Shown: positions 10,835 to 21,245, counted from the stretch's first letter. The stretch is 64,000 bases of DNA from an uncultured Spirochaetota bacterium (GCA_963783575.1 CAWAOD010000009.1:32001-96000), one strand, 5' to 3'. The notes: generated from the letters alone by a model not told the origin. A program made the numbers and translations.

Positions 10835-11848
10835 ATGAAACTGCTAATAGTTGATGATTCGGCCCTGGTTCGAAATATAGTAAAAGATGTTATCAAAGAT
10901 AGTAAAGAGATCATTCTTGTCGGAGAAGCTACAAACGGCGAAGAAGCAGTTAAAAAAAACAGGGAATTGTCACCGGATTTAATAGTAATGGATATTGATA
11001 TGCCGATTATGAATGGGCTGGAAGCGACAAAAAAAATAATGAAAGAAAAGCCTGTCCCTATTATGATTTTTTCAAGAAATACTGACACAATCAATAATTT
11101 TAACTCAATGAAGTACGGCGCCGTTGACTGTATGCAGAAACCTGAATTCAGTTTTTTTAATGACCAGCAATATCATAAAGATTTTATCAACAAATTGATT
11201 ACACTGGCAAAAATAAAAGTAAGGCGTGATATTCCGAAAGTTTCAGAAGATCTGCAGATATCTCAAGAACCGGGTATTTTTGTTAAGATGATTGTTATGG
11301 GAGCCTCTACGGGAGGGCCAACCGCCGTTGCAAAGGTCTTAAGCGGATTACCCGAAGATTTGCCGGTGGGAATCGCCCTGGTTCAGCATATAGAAACCGG
11401 CTTTGATGAAGGATACGCCCAATGGCTTGCTTCCGAATCAAAATTAAAAGTAAGACTGGCAAAAGACCGTGATTCTCCTGAAGCCGGGGAAGTGCTAGTA
11501 GCGCCGACTGATAAGCATCTTGTTTTTAAGAATAAATTATTGCATCTCGAAGACGGAGCCAAGGTGCTCAATCAAAAACCAAGCGTTGATGTTTTATTCG
11601 AATCCGCCGCCAACTGTTTTGGAAGCGAGTTAGTCGGTGTTTTATTGACCGGGATGGGATCCGACGGCGCTAATGGCTGCGTTAAAATTAAGAAGAGTGG
11701 CGGTTATACGATTGTCCAGGATGAAAGCTCATCAATGATCTTCGGTATGCCGAAAGTCGCAATTGAAAAAGGCGGAGCTTCTATAGTTGTCCCGCTTAAT
11801 GATATTTCAACCCTGCTTATAAACCTGGTTTTAATGAAAAGACAATGA
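10835..11848 (+). CDS. cheB: Chemotaxis methylesterase CheB (REC + esterase)
   Basis: GASTGGP, VQHI, KPSVDVLF, LTGMGSDGA motifs. Confidence 0.97.
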   Translation: MKLLIVDDSALVRNIVKDVIKDSKEIILVGEATNGEEAVKKNRELSPDLIVMDIDMPIMNGLEATKKIMKEKPVPIMIFSRNTDTINNFNSMKYGAVDCMQKPEFSFFNDQQYHKDFINKLITLAKIKVRRDIPKVSEDLQISQEPGIFVKMIVMGASTGGPTAVAKVLSGLPEDLPVGIALVQHIETGFDEGYAQWLASESKLKVRLAKDRDSPEAGEVLVAPTDKHLVFKNKLLHLEDGAKVLNQKPSVDVLFESAANCFGSELVGVLLTGMGSDGANGCVKIKKSGGYTIVQDESSSMIFGMPKVAIEKGGASIVVPLNDISTLLINLVLMKRQ

Positions 11849-11870
11849 ATAGGTTGTGTATGAGGGAATA

Positions 11871-13313
11871 ATGAAAGAAAATCATATTATCCATCATCAG
11901 CAATATCAAAAAATATTGAATTTGATTGAATCGCGGCAGGGAACCGTTTTTCCGGAATCTCACGGCGATATAATCCTGAATGCCATAAATGAAAGAGCGG
12001 ACGTTCTTCAAATAAGTCCTGATTATTATTTTTCGGTCCTTTGCACGGAGCCGGAAGAATTAAAAATTTTCTTCAATCTTATTTCGATCAATGAAACTTA
12101 TTTTTTCAGGGAAGAAAAACATTTTAATATTTTAAAAGACTCAATACTGCCTGTTATCAGAGAAAAAAAAGAAACTGTCAATTTATGGTCTGTCACCTGC
12201 TCTACGGGTGAAGAGGCTTTATCTTTGGCGATGATTACGGAAGAATTTTATAATATTGAAAAAAACAAAAATTTTCGGGTCTATGCCACAGATATTAACA
12301 CAAATTCATTAAGCGTTCTAAAATCCGGAAAATATGCTAAAAATTCCTTCAGAAAAGACGGATCTTCATTCAGCGGTTTATTCCAAAAATATGGCTATAA
12401 TGAAGACAATTTCTGGACAGCCGGTCAAGAAATAATGGGAAAAATCGAAATTATACCCTGCAATCTTTTGCAAAATAATATTGATTTTATTCCGGATGAA
12501 AGCATTAATATCGCTTTTTTTAGAAACACAATGATCTATATGAAGCAGGAGCAAAAAATCAAGGGGTTAATAGCTATAACAAAAAAAATCATCCCCGGTG
12601 GATTTATTTTCCTTTCATCCTCGGAAATCCCTACAGTGTCACATCCTGAATTGATTATTATTGAAAAAAACGGGATTTATTACTTTCAAAAAAATAAAAA
12701 CCAGGAAGCAATTGAGAAAACAGAAGCAATGTCGGGCAGTGAACAAAAGAATAATCTGCAAAACTCCGGCCCGGTTATTCCGGTTTCCACAAGAGATTCA
12801 ATCAGCCTGGATAAGATTATAGAATTATGCTGTCAATACGGACATAAAGATAAGGCTGAAAATGAACAAAAACAAAATACAGATAGAAATCTTGAAATCA
12901 GCAAACAAATCTTAAGATCCGTTTCCATAATCAGCCACAATGAATTCGAAAAAGCAAAAAAATTGCTGTGGAAAATTGAAGATGAAATATCTCAAAACCA
13001 TATCACTCAATATCTTTTGGGATTAATAGAGATATTGGGCGGTAACAGCCGCAAAGCGGCAATTTACTTTGAAAAATCCATATCTTTAAACGGCCTGTTA
13101 TGGCTGCCGCATTTCTATCTGGCAGGCGTTCTAAAAGATATAAAACCTCAAAAAGCCTTAATGGAATATAGTATCTGCAGGGACTTGATAGTTCAGGCCG
13201 GGAAAAGCCGTCAGAATTTTTTGAAATATAATTTTTTAATAGAAAATTTTGATGAAATGTACTTTTACAAAATGTGTGAAAAATGGATTAATAAATTAAG
13301 TTTACAAAGGTAA
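11871..13313 (+). CDS. cheR: CheR methyltransferase with C-terminal TPR
   Basis: INETYFFRE, WSVTCSTGEE, ATDIN, FRNTMIY; TPR-like tail. Confidence 0.93.
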   Translation: MKENHIIHHQQYQKILNLIESRQGTVFPESHGDIILNAINERADVLQISPDYYFSVLCTEPEELKIFFNLISINETYFFREEKHFNILKDSILPVIREKKETVNLWSVTCSTGEEALSLAMITEEFYNIEKNKNFRVYATDINTNSLSVLKSGKYAKNSFRKDGSSFSGLFQKYGYNEDNFWTAGQEIMGKIEIIPCNLLQNNIDFIPDESINIAFFRNTMIYMKQEQKIKGLIAITKKIIPGGFIFLSSSEIPTVSHPELIIIEKNGIYYFQKNKNQEAIEKTEAMSGSEQKNNLQNSGPVIPVSTRDSISLDKIIELCCQYGHKDKAENEQKQNTDRNLEISKQILRSVSIISHNEFEKAKKLLWKIEDEISQNHITQYLLGLIEILGGNSRKAAIYFEKSISLNGLLWLPHFYLAGVLKDIKPQKALMEYSICRDLIVQAGKSRQNFLKYNFLIENFDEMYFYKMCEKWINKLSLQR

Positions 13314-13327
13314 TAACGAGGTATAAT

Positions 13328-15559
13328 ATGGCCATATCAAAGAGCAAGTTTATTAATAAATTTCTAGATGAATTAAAAGAAAATACTCAATCGCTGGAAA
13401 ACGGAATAATCAGTTTAAAAAAGAATCCAGATGACTCTGAGGAGATTAACAATCTATTAAGGGCTTTACATACAATAAAAGGTTCCTCCCGGATGATGAA
13501 TTTTCCAAATCTGGAAAAGATAGCTCATGCGCTTGAAAATATAATTAAAGGGTTAAAAGAAAAACGTTTCCTGATTAACAATAACCTTGTGCAATGGATC
13601 TTTATATCCGGGGATATCCTGAGAATTATTGGAAATCAAATTAAGGAAACTGAGGAAGACGAATTTCAACATACCGAAAAAATAGTAGAAATTTGCGAAA
13701 AAATATGCGCTAACGAACCGTATAATTTTGATGAAATTAAAATTGAGCTGGATGCGATTAAAAATCAAAAACAAATGATGATTCCCGCCGAAAAAACTTT
13801 AGAAACAGAAAAAGTTTCAATATCAAATCAAGGCCGGGGAAATGAGCCTCAGCCGCGCGTTGACGGAAGTACTTTAGGTGACAGTACAATAAGAATAGAA
13901 GTGAATCAGATTGATACAATAATTCAGCTGGCGAACACCCTGTCAATAAAACAGCTTCATTTGAGAAAAAATTATGACATGATCAATACTATTGAGGAAA
14001 TGTCCCAGGAATTGATCGGGCTCTATTCTCAAAACCCAAAAGAGTATCAAATAAAGGCCAAAGAATTTCTTAAAGAAATCAAGAAGAGTAAAATGGATTT
14101 CCTGGAAAACGCCGGTGAAATTGAAAGTAATGTTATTGATCTTCAGGAAAATATTGTGAATCTGAGAATGCTTCCGATCGAAATCATACTGGGATCATTA
14201 CCGAAGATGGTCGAAGAAACCGCAATTTCTCTATCAAAAGATATTGATTTAAAAATCTCAAAAATGAATATTAAGCTGGATAAGGTGATTCTTGAAAAAA
14301 TCAATGACCCTATTCTGCACCTCCTTCGTAATTCCATTGATCATGGCATTGAACCGCCCGAGGAAAGAGAAAAAAAAGGCAAACCCGGAAAGGGTACGAT
14401 TGAGATAAACTGCTTTTCGGAAGGGGGGCATATCATAATCCAGTTAAAGGATGACGGAAGAGGATTCGATTATGATAAAATTAGACAAAAGGCAATAGAA
14501 AATTTTCCCATGCAGGAAGAGGAAATTAAAAACTGCAAAGATTCGGATTTGATTCGCTTTTTATTTATGCCGAATTTTTCCACAAAGGATAACGTAACCG
14601 AATTATCCGGCAGAGGAATAGGCCTGGATATAGTTAAGCTGAATATTGAAAAAGTTAAGGGTAAAATCCTTCTGGAAAGCGAAAAGGACAAAGGGACATG
14701 CTTCACCCTTGTTTTGCCTCATTCTCTTGCGACAATTGACGGCCTTTTAGTCTTATCCGCAGGGAAAAAATTTTTGATCCCTTCGAACTTTATAAAAGAA
14801 ACTTTTCTGATAAACCAGGATGATAAAGTAAATATTAACAACAGAGAAATGTTTAGATTAAGGGAAAATCTTATCCCTCTTTATGATTTATCTTCATTAT
14901 TGCAGTTACCGATGGAAGAGGAAGAAAGCAGCGATTTTGTTATTGTAATAGGCGGCATACGTGATAATATCGGCATAAAAGTCAATCTGATTCTGGGCTA
15001 TTACGATGCTCTGGTATCAAAGCCTCTGCCGAAGAATCTTCAGAAACTTAATTATTTACAGGGCGTTGTTTTTGATGAAAACTTCAACCTGATATCGATC
15101 CTTCATATAACGTCATTAATCGATAAGTTCAACTCCCTCAAAGATATAGACATAAAGAAAAGAGTGGTGGAAAGGAAACATGAGGATAAAACCATTCTTG
15201 TTGTCGATGATTCAATTAATACGCTGGAAATTGAGAAATCGATGCTGGAGCTGGAGGATTACAAAGTATTAACAGCCTCGGACGGAATTGAGGGACTGGA
15301 AAGGCTGCGCCAGCAGAATGTTGATTTGATAATAACGGATATCAATATGCCTCGTATGGACGGATTTACCTTTATCGAAAACCTGAAAAAAATAACCGAT
15401 TACAGAAATATCCCAATAATTATCGTCTCTACATATAATAATGAAGAATATAAGCAGAAAGGCAGACCTTTAGGTGTTGAAGGATATATCATAAAATCGA
15501 GTTTTGACCAAAATAACCTTATTTCAACGGTCCAGAAATTAATAGGTAAAGCGAGGTGA
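13328..15559 (+). CDS. cheA: Hybrid CheA (HPt-kinase-CheW-REC)
   Basis: LHTIKGSS, HLLRNSIDHGIE, SGRGIGLDIV, C-terminal receiver ILVVDDS. Confidence 0.97.
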   Translation: MAISKSKFINKFLDELKENTQSLENGIISLKKNPDDSEEINNLLRALHTIKGSSRMMNFPNLEKIAHALENIIKGLKEKRFLINNNLVQWIFISGDILRIIGNQIKETEEDEFQHTEKIVEICEKICANEPYNFDEIKIELDAIKNQKQMMIPAEKTLETEKVSISNQGRGNEPQPRVDGSTLGDSTIRIEVNQIDTIIQLANTLSIKQLHLRKNYDMINTIEEMSQELIGLYSQNPKEYQIKAKEFLKEIKKSKMDFLENAGEIESNVIDLQENIVNLRMLPIEIILGSLPKMVEETAISLSKDIDLKISKMNIKLDKVILEKINDPILHLLRNSIDHGIEPPEEREKKGKPGKGTIEINCFSEGGHIIIQLKDDGRGFDYDKIRQKAIENFPMQEEEIKNCKDSDLIRFLFMPNFSTKDNVTELSGRGIGLDIVKLNIEKVKGKILLESEKDKGTCFTLVLPHSLATIDGLLVLSAGKKFLIPSNFIKETFLINQDDKVNINNREMFRLRENLIPLYDLSSLLQLPMEEEESSDFVIVIGGIRDNIGIKVNLILGYYDALVSKPLPKNLQKLNYLQGVVFDENFNLISILHITSLIDKFNSLKDIDIKKRVVERKHEDKTILVVDDSINTLEIEKSMLELEDYKVLTASDGIEGLERLRQQNVDLIITDINMPRMDGFTFIENLKKITDYRNIPIIIVSTYNNEEYKQKGRPLGVEGYIIKSSFDQNNLISTVQKLIGKAR

Positions 15560-15566
15560 TTATATA

Positions 15567-17420
15567 ATGGGAAAAAAAATCCTTTTGGTGGATGATTCGG
15601 ACGTAGTTGCAGGAATAATGACTGAAACACTGAACGAAGAAGGTTTTGAGATTATCAGGGCTGTAAATGGAGTCGATGGAATCATAAAAGTATATAATGA
15701 GATTCCTGATTTAATTATTACCGATGTGGAAATGCCGCTTTTAAAGGGCTATCAGGCAAGCCGTCTTTTAAAAAACAGAAGAGGTGTAAAAGATATACCT
15801 ATCATCATGCACACGTCTCTTTCCGAGGATAAAGACCAGTTTTGGGGAATTTCCGCTGGAGCGGACGATTATGTTGTAAAGGATTTCAACCATCTGGATA
15901 TAATAATCGCAAAATCTAAAGAACTAAGCAATCATCCTCCTTACCAAATTGAAATGATTAAAGAAGATGCTCCAAAGATAAATCAGAATTCAATCTTTGA
16001 AATGCTAAGCAATCTTCTGGACACTCAGCTCTTTCAGTCAATAATTTTAAATGAACTTGCGGATATCGGGAAAAATATAGAATCTTTGAAGGATACCGTC
16101 TATGAAATTATGAAGCTTCTCGATAAAGTGTGCGAACACCACATAATAGTAATGTTCTTAATAAACAATAAAAACTTTGTTCCATTTATACTGCCTTCCT
16201 TAAACTTGTTTGAACATGATGTAGAAGATTTTTATAAAATATGTCTGGGTGACTTCTATCATTTTTTTGATAAAAAAGCTGTTAGTGAAGAAAAGGAAAC
16301 GATATTCGGTATCAATGGCCGGAAAGATTATCATAAAATCAGGCTTGATCAGAATAAAATCAGTTCTTATACCTGCCTTGAATTAAAGGGAAAAGGCAGC
16401 GTAAATATCGGAACAATTCACATAGGTCATTTTAATAATAACTATTTTTCGGAATCAATCCTTGCGAATCTCTCGGTTTTTACCAAGGGGGCTGGCATCA
16501 TCCTTGAAAATTCACTGCTATTACAGCAGATAACATCAATGGAAAAGAACATCCGAAGTGTTTTTTCAAAATTTGTGCCTGCTGATATCATAGACGACCT
16601 TGTAAAAAGAAAATCCACATCCTCTCTGCTGATGGGAGAAAAAAGAAATGTCGCCGTTTTATTTTCTGATATCCGTTCTTTTACCAGTATTTCGGAATAT
16701 AACAAACCGGAGGATGTAGTAGCCTTTTTAAACATCTATTTTGAAATTATGTGCAAAATAATTGTCAGGAACGGCGGAACCATTGATAAATTCATCGGCG
16801 ACGCAATACTTGCAGTTTTCGGAGCGCCGAAAAGCTATGAAGACAATGATTACAGGGCTGTGAAGTCCGCAGTAGAAATGATTCAATCGATAAAAAAAGT
16901 CGTATACCCGAAAGTCAAACTTCCCCCTAACGGCTTTGAAATAGGAGTCGGAATTAACGGAGGCGATGCTATTGTCGGAAACATCGGGTCAAGGGATAAA
17001 TTCGATTATACCGTAATCGGGGATACCGTAAATCTGGCATCACGCCTGGAAGGATTAACAAAACATTATAAACAAAAAATAATAATTTCCGATACTGTTA
17101 TGGAAAAAGTTAAAGGGCTTGTCTTGACGAGAGAAATCGATACCGTAAAAGTCAAGGGAAAGGATGAATCCACAACAATTTATTCTGTGGAAACCGAAAA
17201 CAATCCGGCGGTTAATGAAGACGCTCTTAAAAATTACTCAAAAGGTTTATCAATGTATAAAATCAAAAACTGGAAAACCGCGATTGAATATTTTCAGGAG
17301 ACATTGTCAAAAAAGCCTGATGATAGTATTTCCAGAATATACATCGAACGCTGCGAAGGTTATTTGAAAAACCCGCCTCCCGCCGATTGGGACGGGATAG
17401 AAGTTCTGGATTTTAAATAA
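15567..17420 (+). CDS. Response-regulated class III adenylate cyclase (REC-GAF-like-cyclase-TPR); output of the che operon
   Basis: Receiver; FSDIRSFT, DKFIGDA, DYTVIGDTVNLASRLE (K/D residues of adenylate specificity). Confidence 0.95.
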   Translation: MGKKILLVDDSDVVAGIMTETLNEEGFEIIRAVNGVDGIIKVYNEIPDLIITDVEMPLLKGYQASRLLKNRRGVKDIPIIMHTSLSEDKDQFWGISAGADDYVVKDFNHLDIIIAKSKELSNHPPYQIEMIKEDAPKINQNSIFEMLSNLLDTQLFQSIILNELADIGKNIESLKDTVYEIMKLLDKVCEHHIIVMFLINNKNFVPFILPSLNLFEHDVEDFYKICLGDFYHFFDKKAVSEEKETIFGINGRKDYHKIRLDQNKISSYTCLELKGKGSVNIGTIHIGHFNNNYFSESILANLSVFTKGAGIILENSLLLQQITSMEKNIRSVFSKFVPADIIDDLVKRKSTSSLLMGEKRNVAVLFSDIRSFTSISEYNKPEDVVAFLNIYFEIMCKIIVRNGGTIDKFIGDAILAVFGAPKSYEDNDYRAVKSAVEMIQSIKKVVYPKVKLPPNGFEIGVGINGGDAIVGNIGSRDKFDYTVIGDTVNLASRLEGLTKHYKQKIIISDTVMEKVKGLVLTREIDTVKVKGKDESTTIYSVETENNPAVNEDALKNYSKGLSMYKIKNWKTAIEYFQETLSKKPDDSISRIYIERCEGYLKNPPPADWDGIEVLDFK

Positions 17421-17508
17421 TTAACCGGTCGAGTAGAAGAATAAGCGATGGAATTTAGATTGATAAAAATATTTTCTCCATTTACTCTCATTTGTTAACG
17501 AATATTAG

Positions 17509-17783
17509 GGTGAGAATATAAAGCTGTTTCAAGCTTTGGATTTCATTGCGGAATTGACTCAACATATCCCGCCGAATGGAAAGCAGGAAAAATGATGCGG
17601 AAGGTAAACTGGAGAAATTCAAGGCGGCGGATACAGCTCAAGATGTTCCCGTGGAAGAAAAAAGCCCGGAAGATACCAAAGCCGAAAAGAAAAATTCGAA
17701 TCAGACATGGGCCAAACTTATACAAAAGTCTTTGAAGCCTGTGGTGAGCTTGCCGAACCATCGATCCTATGATTTGCCCGAAG
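17509..17783 (+). pseudogene. IS91-family (rolling-circle HUH) transposase C-terminal remnant
   Basis: Frame at 17521 reads KLFQALDFIAELTQHIPPNGKQ. Later TWAKLIQK-VFEVDPMICPK is restored by adding 1 nt and removing the 23-nt insert at 17738-17760. Both motifs are typical of IS91-like transposase C-termini. Confidence 0.8.
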
Positions 17784-17849
17784 CTTGCACTGAGCTGGCC
17801 TGCCGACGCCGGGATCTCCGGCAGGTAGACAGCAGACAGGTCGAATGTG
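17738..17849. repeat. Cluster of nested REP-like elements inserted in the transposase remnant
   Basis: cctgtggtgagcttgccgaacca (17738-17760); cttgcactgagct...gtcgaatgtg split by ggcctgccgacgccgggatctccggcaggtagacagcagacag. Confidence 0.65.
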
Positions 17850-17939
17850 TGAGTTTTGGATTGCATTTTTTTTGTTTTTTTTGATTATTTTATTGCAATT
17901 TTTTATTCAGTTAATTACAATTCTTCCTATCAGTCAGTT
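17795..17939 (+). mobile_element. IS91-like end (oriIS-like) unit, copy 1
   Basis: 145 bp with about 8 mismatches to 21081-21225; ends in aattcttcctatcagtc; lies downstream of the transposase remnant. Confidence 0.7.
17893..17921 (+). promoter_or_regulatory. Outward sigma70-like promoter in IS end, copy 1
   Basis: TTGCAA-17 bp-TACAAT, upstream of the cytolysin RBS (ggagg). Confidence 0.65.
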
Positions 17940-17978
17940 TGATTAATATCTCTAAAAAAGTATTTTTGGAGGGTATTT

Positions 17979-19643
17979 ATGTTAATAAAATTATGTGAAT
18001 TAGTTTTTCCAGTTGCCTTCATTATTCTGCTCGTTTGCTGCAGTATGTCGCCTTCATCTCCCTCATCGGGGAGTAGCTCGTCATCCGGCGACACAAATAT
18101 ATCGGCCCTCATAAACAGCGTGCCCGAATTTTCGCTTAGCACCCCTGCTACAAACATCTCAACCAACACTAATATCGGATGCAGCACCAATACTACGACA
18201 AACGGCACCGCCATAGCGGACACACTATGGGTTACCAACGCCGTGAATTACAGCCTGTCGGCTGACCCGAGCACTTTCGTCCTCTTCAACCCCCTGGCCA
18301 GCGTCTTATGGCCCGGCGACCTTGTCCAGGGCAATTCGCTTTCCGCCGTCCCCAACCCCGTGCCTGTGACAAACAGGGCGCCGATGACAGTCACCCTGGC
18401 GATAGTAGGCGGCGGATCCAACACCTATTCACGAACCGTTATCCCGACACTGGCTTCGATCAACCAGGCAGAAAATGATATTCTGGCTTCATATGGCGGA
18501 GGTACACCCGCGAACATCTCGTTCAGCGTCAGCCAGGTCTATAACGCGAGCAGCCTGAACTTTATGCTCGGCGGGGCTTACAGCGGCGGGACTTATTCCC
18601 TGGCCGCCCAGTTCAATATCGACTGGAGTGCGGTTTCCCAGGTGGTAGTCGTTAAATTGTCCCAGAACTTCTTCACCATGGCCGTCACTCCCCCGCAAGG
18701 TATCGGGGGCTGCTTCGGGCCTGGCACCACCGTTGCCGAGATCAGCCCATATACCGGGCCAGGCAACCCCATGTGCTATATTGACAGCGTCACCTATGGA
18801 AGACTTTTCTATCTTATCTATACGACTTCCTCTACATCTCTTAACCTTGCCGACGCCATCGGCTTCGGATATAACGGCGGGGTCGTAACAGGTTCAGTCA
18901 CCAATAACACACAGTTCAATAGCGCCATGAGCAACGTCAATGTCCAATTCTACGCCATGGGCGGGGATTCCTCGCTCGGGTTCAGTGTCGCACAGGCCAA
19001 ATCCATAAGCGGGATTTTAAGCATCCTCGGCAACAATGTCACTTTTTCTTCAAACAACGTCGGGGTGCCGGTCTCGTACACCGTCCGCTACCTTAAGGAC
19101 AACAGCCTTGTAGCCATGAACAGCACTACGAGCTATACTGTCAATCAGGCTACCCCGTACTCTCTTGGCAATTCGTATACAATGTCCGGCTTTGAAGTGC
19201 AATTTGTATCGACATACGCCACAGATGGATGGCTTAACGGCGATTTCCTGTGCCATCTGAGACTGGTAACAAACGGCGTGTTATTACCGAATCAGGCAAC
19301 CGGTGCGACCGGCAATATGGATTATTGGGTTGATGGATGGTATAGTGACAAACAGACAAAAGATGTTTCGTCGCCTTTTCAGACCACTGTTTATTTAAGG
19401 AATGACGGGAATGATACTTTGTCATTTCTAGCAAGTTTCATGGATTATGCTGGCGGCGATGCACCAACTGTAGAGTATGACTTTAAATATGACGCTACAA
19501 GACAAGCGTGGTACTGTGATAAAGACGGTGGTCTAGCAATAGTACCTAACGCTCCCCTGAACGTGGGAATTAAGGCATCTTGGTCTGGATTCGCAGGTGT
19601 TATTGATGGGTTTTCATTCAATTGTAGTATTACCCCCCAGTAA
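17979..19643 (+). CDS. Thiol-activated cytolysin family (CDC-like) probable lipoprotein
   Basis: LWPGDLVQG, RAPMTVTL, QNFFTM...YIDSVTYGR, GVPVSYTVRYLKDNSL; no ECTGLAWEWW undecapeptide; signal peptide with Cys; visibly GC-richer than flanks. Confidence 0.85.
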   Translation: MLIKLCELVFPVAFIILLVCCSMSPSSPSSGSSSSSGDTNISALINSVPEFSLSTPATNISTNTNIGCSTNTTTNGTAIADTLWVTNAVNYSLSADPSTFVLFNPLASVLWPGDLVQGNSLSAVPNPVPVTNRAPMTVTLAIVGGGSNTYSRTVIPTLASINQAENDILASYGGGTPANISFSVSQVYNASSLNFMLGGAYSGGTYSLAAQFNIDWSAVSQVVVVKLSQNFFTMAVTPPQGIGGCFGPGTTVAEISPYTGPGNPMCYIDSVTYGRLFYLIYTTSSTSLNLADAIGFGYNGGVVTGSVTNNTQFNSAMSNVNVQFYAMGGDSSLGFSVAQAKSISGILSILGNNVTFSSNNVGVPVSYTVRYLKDNSLVAMNSTTSYTVNQATPYSLGNSYTMSGFEVQFVSTYATDGWLNGDFLCHLRLVTNGVLLPNQATGATGNMDYWVDGWYSDKQTKDVSSPFQTTVYLRNDGNDTLSFLASFMDYAGGDAPTVEYDFKYDATRQAWYCDKDGGLAIVPNAPLNVGIKASWSGFAGVIDGFSFNCSITPQ

Positions 19644-19727
19644 CGATAGGTTATCGAGCATCTTCAGGGAGTAAGAGTTGGGATTATAACTTTGTTTGCT
19701 TCAGATAAATTTTCAAACTCAATTTAT

Positions 19728-21058
19728 AGGATACAGTTTATGAAATTATGAAGCTTCTCGATAAAGTGTGCGAACACCACATAATAGTAATGTTCTTAAT
19801 AAACAATAAAAACTTTATTCCATTTATACTGCCTTCCTTAAACTTGTTTGAACATGATGTAGAAGATTTTTATAAAATATGTCTGGGTGACTTCTATCAT
19901 TTTTTTGATAAAAAAGCTGTTAGTGAAGAAAAGGAAACGATATTCGGTATCAATGGCCGGAAAGATTATCATAAAATCAGGCTTGATCAGAATAAAATCA
20001 GTTCTTATACCTGCCTTGAATTAAAGGGAAAAGGCAGCGTAAATATCGGAACAATTCACATAGGTCATTTTAATAATAACTATTTTTCGGAATCAATCCT
20101 TGCGAATCTCTCGGTTTTTACCAAGGGGGCTGGCATCATCCTTGAAAATTCACTGCTATTACAGCAGATAACATCAATGGAAAAGAACATCCGAAGTGTT
20201 TTTTCAAAATTTGTGCCTGCTGATATCATAGACGACCTTGTAAAAAGAAAATCCACATCCTCTCTGCTGATGGGAGAAAAAAGAAATGTCGCCGTTTTAT
20301 TTTCTGATATCCGTTCTTTTACCAGTATTTCGGAATATAACAAACCGGAGGATGTCGTCGCTTTTTTAAACATCTATTTTGAAATTATGTGCAAAATTAT
20401 TCTAAAAAACGGCGGGACAATTGATAAATTCATAGGCGATGCAATACTCGCAGTTTTCGGGGCTCCGAAAAGCTATGAAGACAATGATTACAGGGCTGTA
20501 AAATCCGCTATTGAAATGATTAAATCAGTAAAAGAGGTTTCTTACTCTAAAATAAAACTTCCGCCGAACGGTTTCGGAATAGGAGTCGGAATTAACGGAG
20601 GCGATGCTATTGTCGGTAACATCGGGTCAAGGGATAAATTTGATTATACGGTAATCGGGGACACCGTAAATCTGGCCTCGCGCCTGGAAGGATTGACCAA
20701 ACATTATAAACAAAAAATTATAATTTCCGATACGGTCATGGAAAAAGTTAAAGGACTTGTTCTGACAAGGGAAATCGATACGGTAAAAGTAAAGGGAAAG
20801 GATGAATCCACGACAATTTATTCTGTGGAACCGGAAAATATTGAGGCTAATTATGAAGAAGCTCTTAAAAATTATTCAAAGGGTTTATCCATGTATAAAA
20901 TTAAAAACTGGAAAACGGCAATTGAATATTTTCAGGAAACACTATCTAAAATACCTGATGACAGTATTTCCAGAATATATATTGAACGCTGCGAAGGTTA
21001 TTTGAAAAACCCGCCTCCCGATGACTGGGACGGGATAGAAGTCCTGGATTTTAAATAA
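19728..21058 (+). CDS. 5'-truncated second copy of the adenylate cyclase (no REC; ORF 19748-21058 open)
   Basis: Matches 16090-17420 at offset 3638; the first ~620 bp is almost identical, the rest diverged mostly at synonymous sites. Confidence 0.9.
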
Positions 21059-21080
21059 TTTACCCGCCTGCCTGGCCTGC

Positions 21081-21225
21081 CTGGCCTGCCTACGCCGGGA
21101 TCTCCGGCAGGTAGACAGCAGACAGGTCGAATGTGTGAGTTTTGGATTGCCTTTTTTTTGTTTTTTTTGATTATTTTATTGTAGCTTTTTATTCGGTTTA
21201 TTATAATTCTTCCTATCAGTCAGTT
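21081..21225 (+). mobile_element. IS91-like end unit, copy 2, with promoter TTGTAG-17-TATAAT (21179-21207)
   Basis: Near identity to 17795-17939; preceded by a gcctgcctg tandem at 21066-21091. Confidence 0.7.
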
Positions 21226-21245
21226 ATATTGACAAGGAGAACTTT

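Noticed and set aside
17576..17884. 102-aa ORF as a real gene
   Set aside because: It is a chance read-through of the transposase relic and REP inserts.
16718..21058. Diversity-generating retroelement (cyclase copies as TR/VR)
   Set aside because: Differences are mostly synonymous and involve all four bases, not adenine-specific; no reverse transcriptase in the window.
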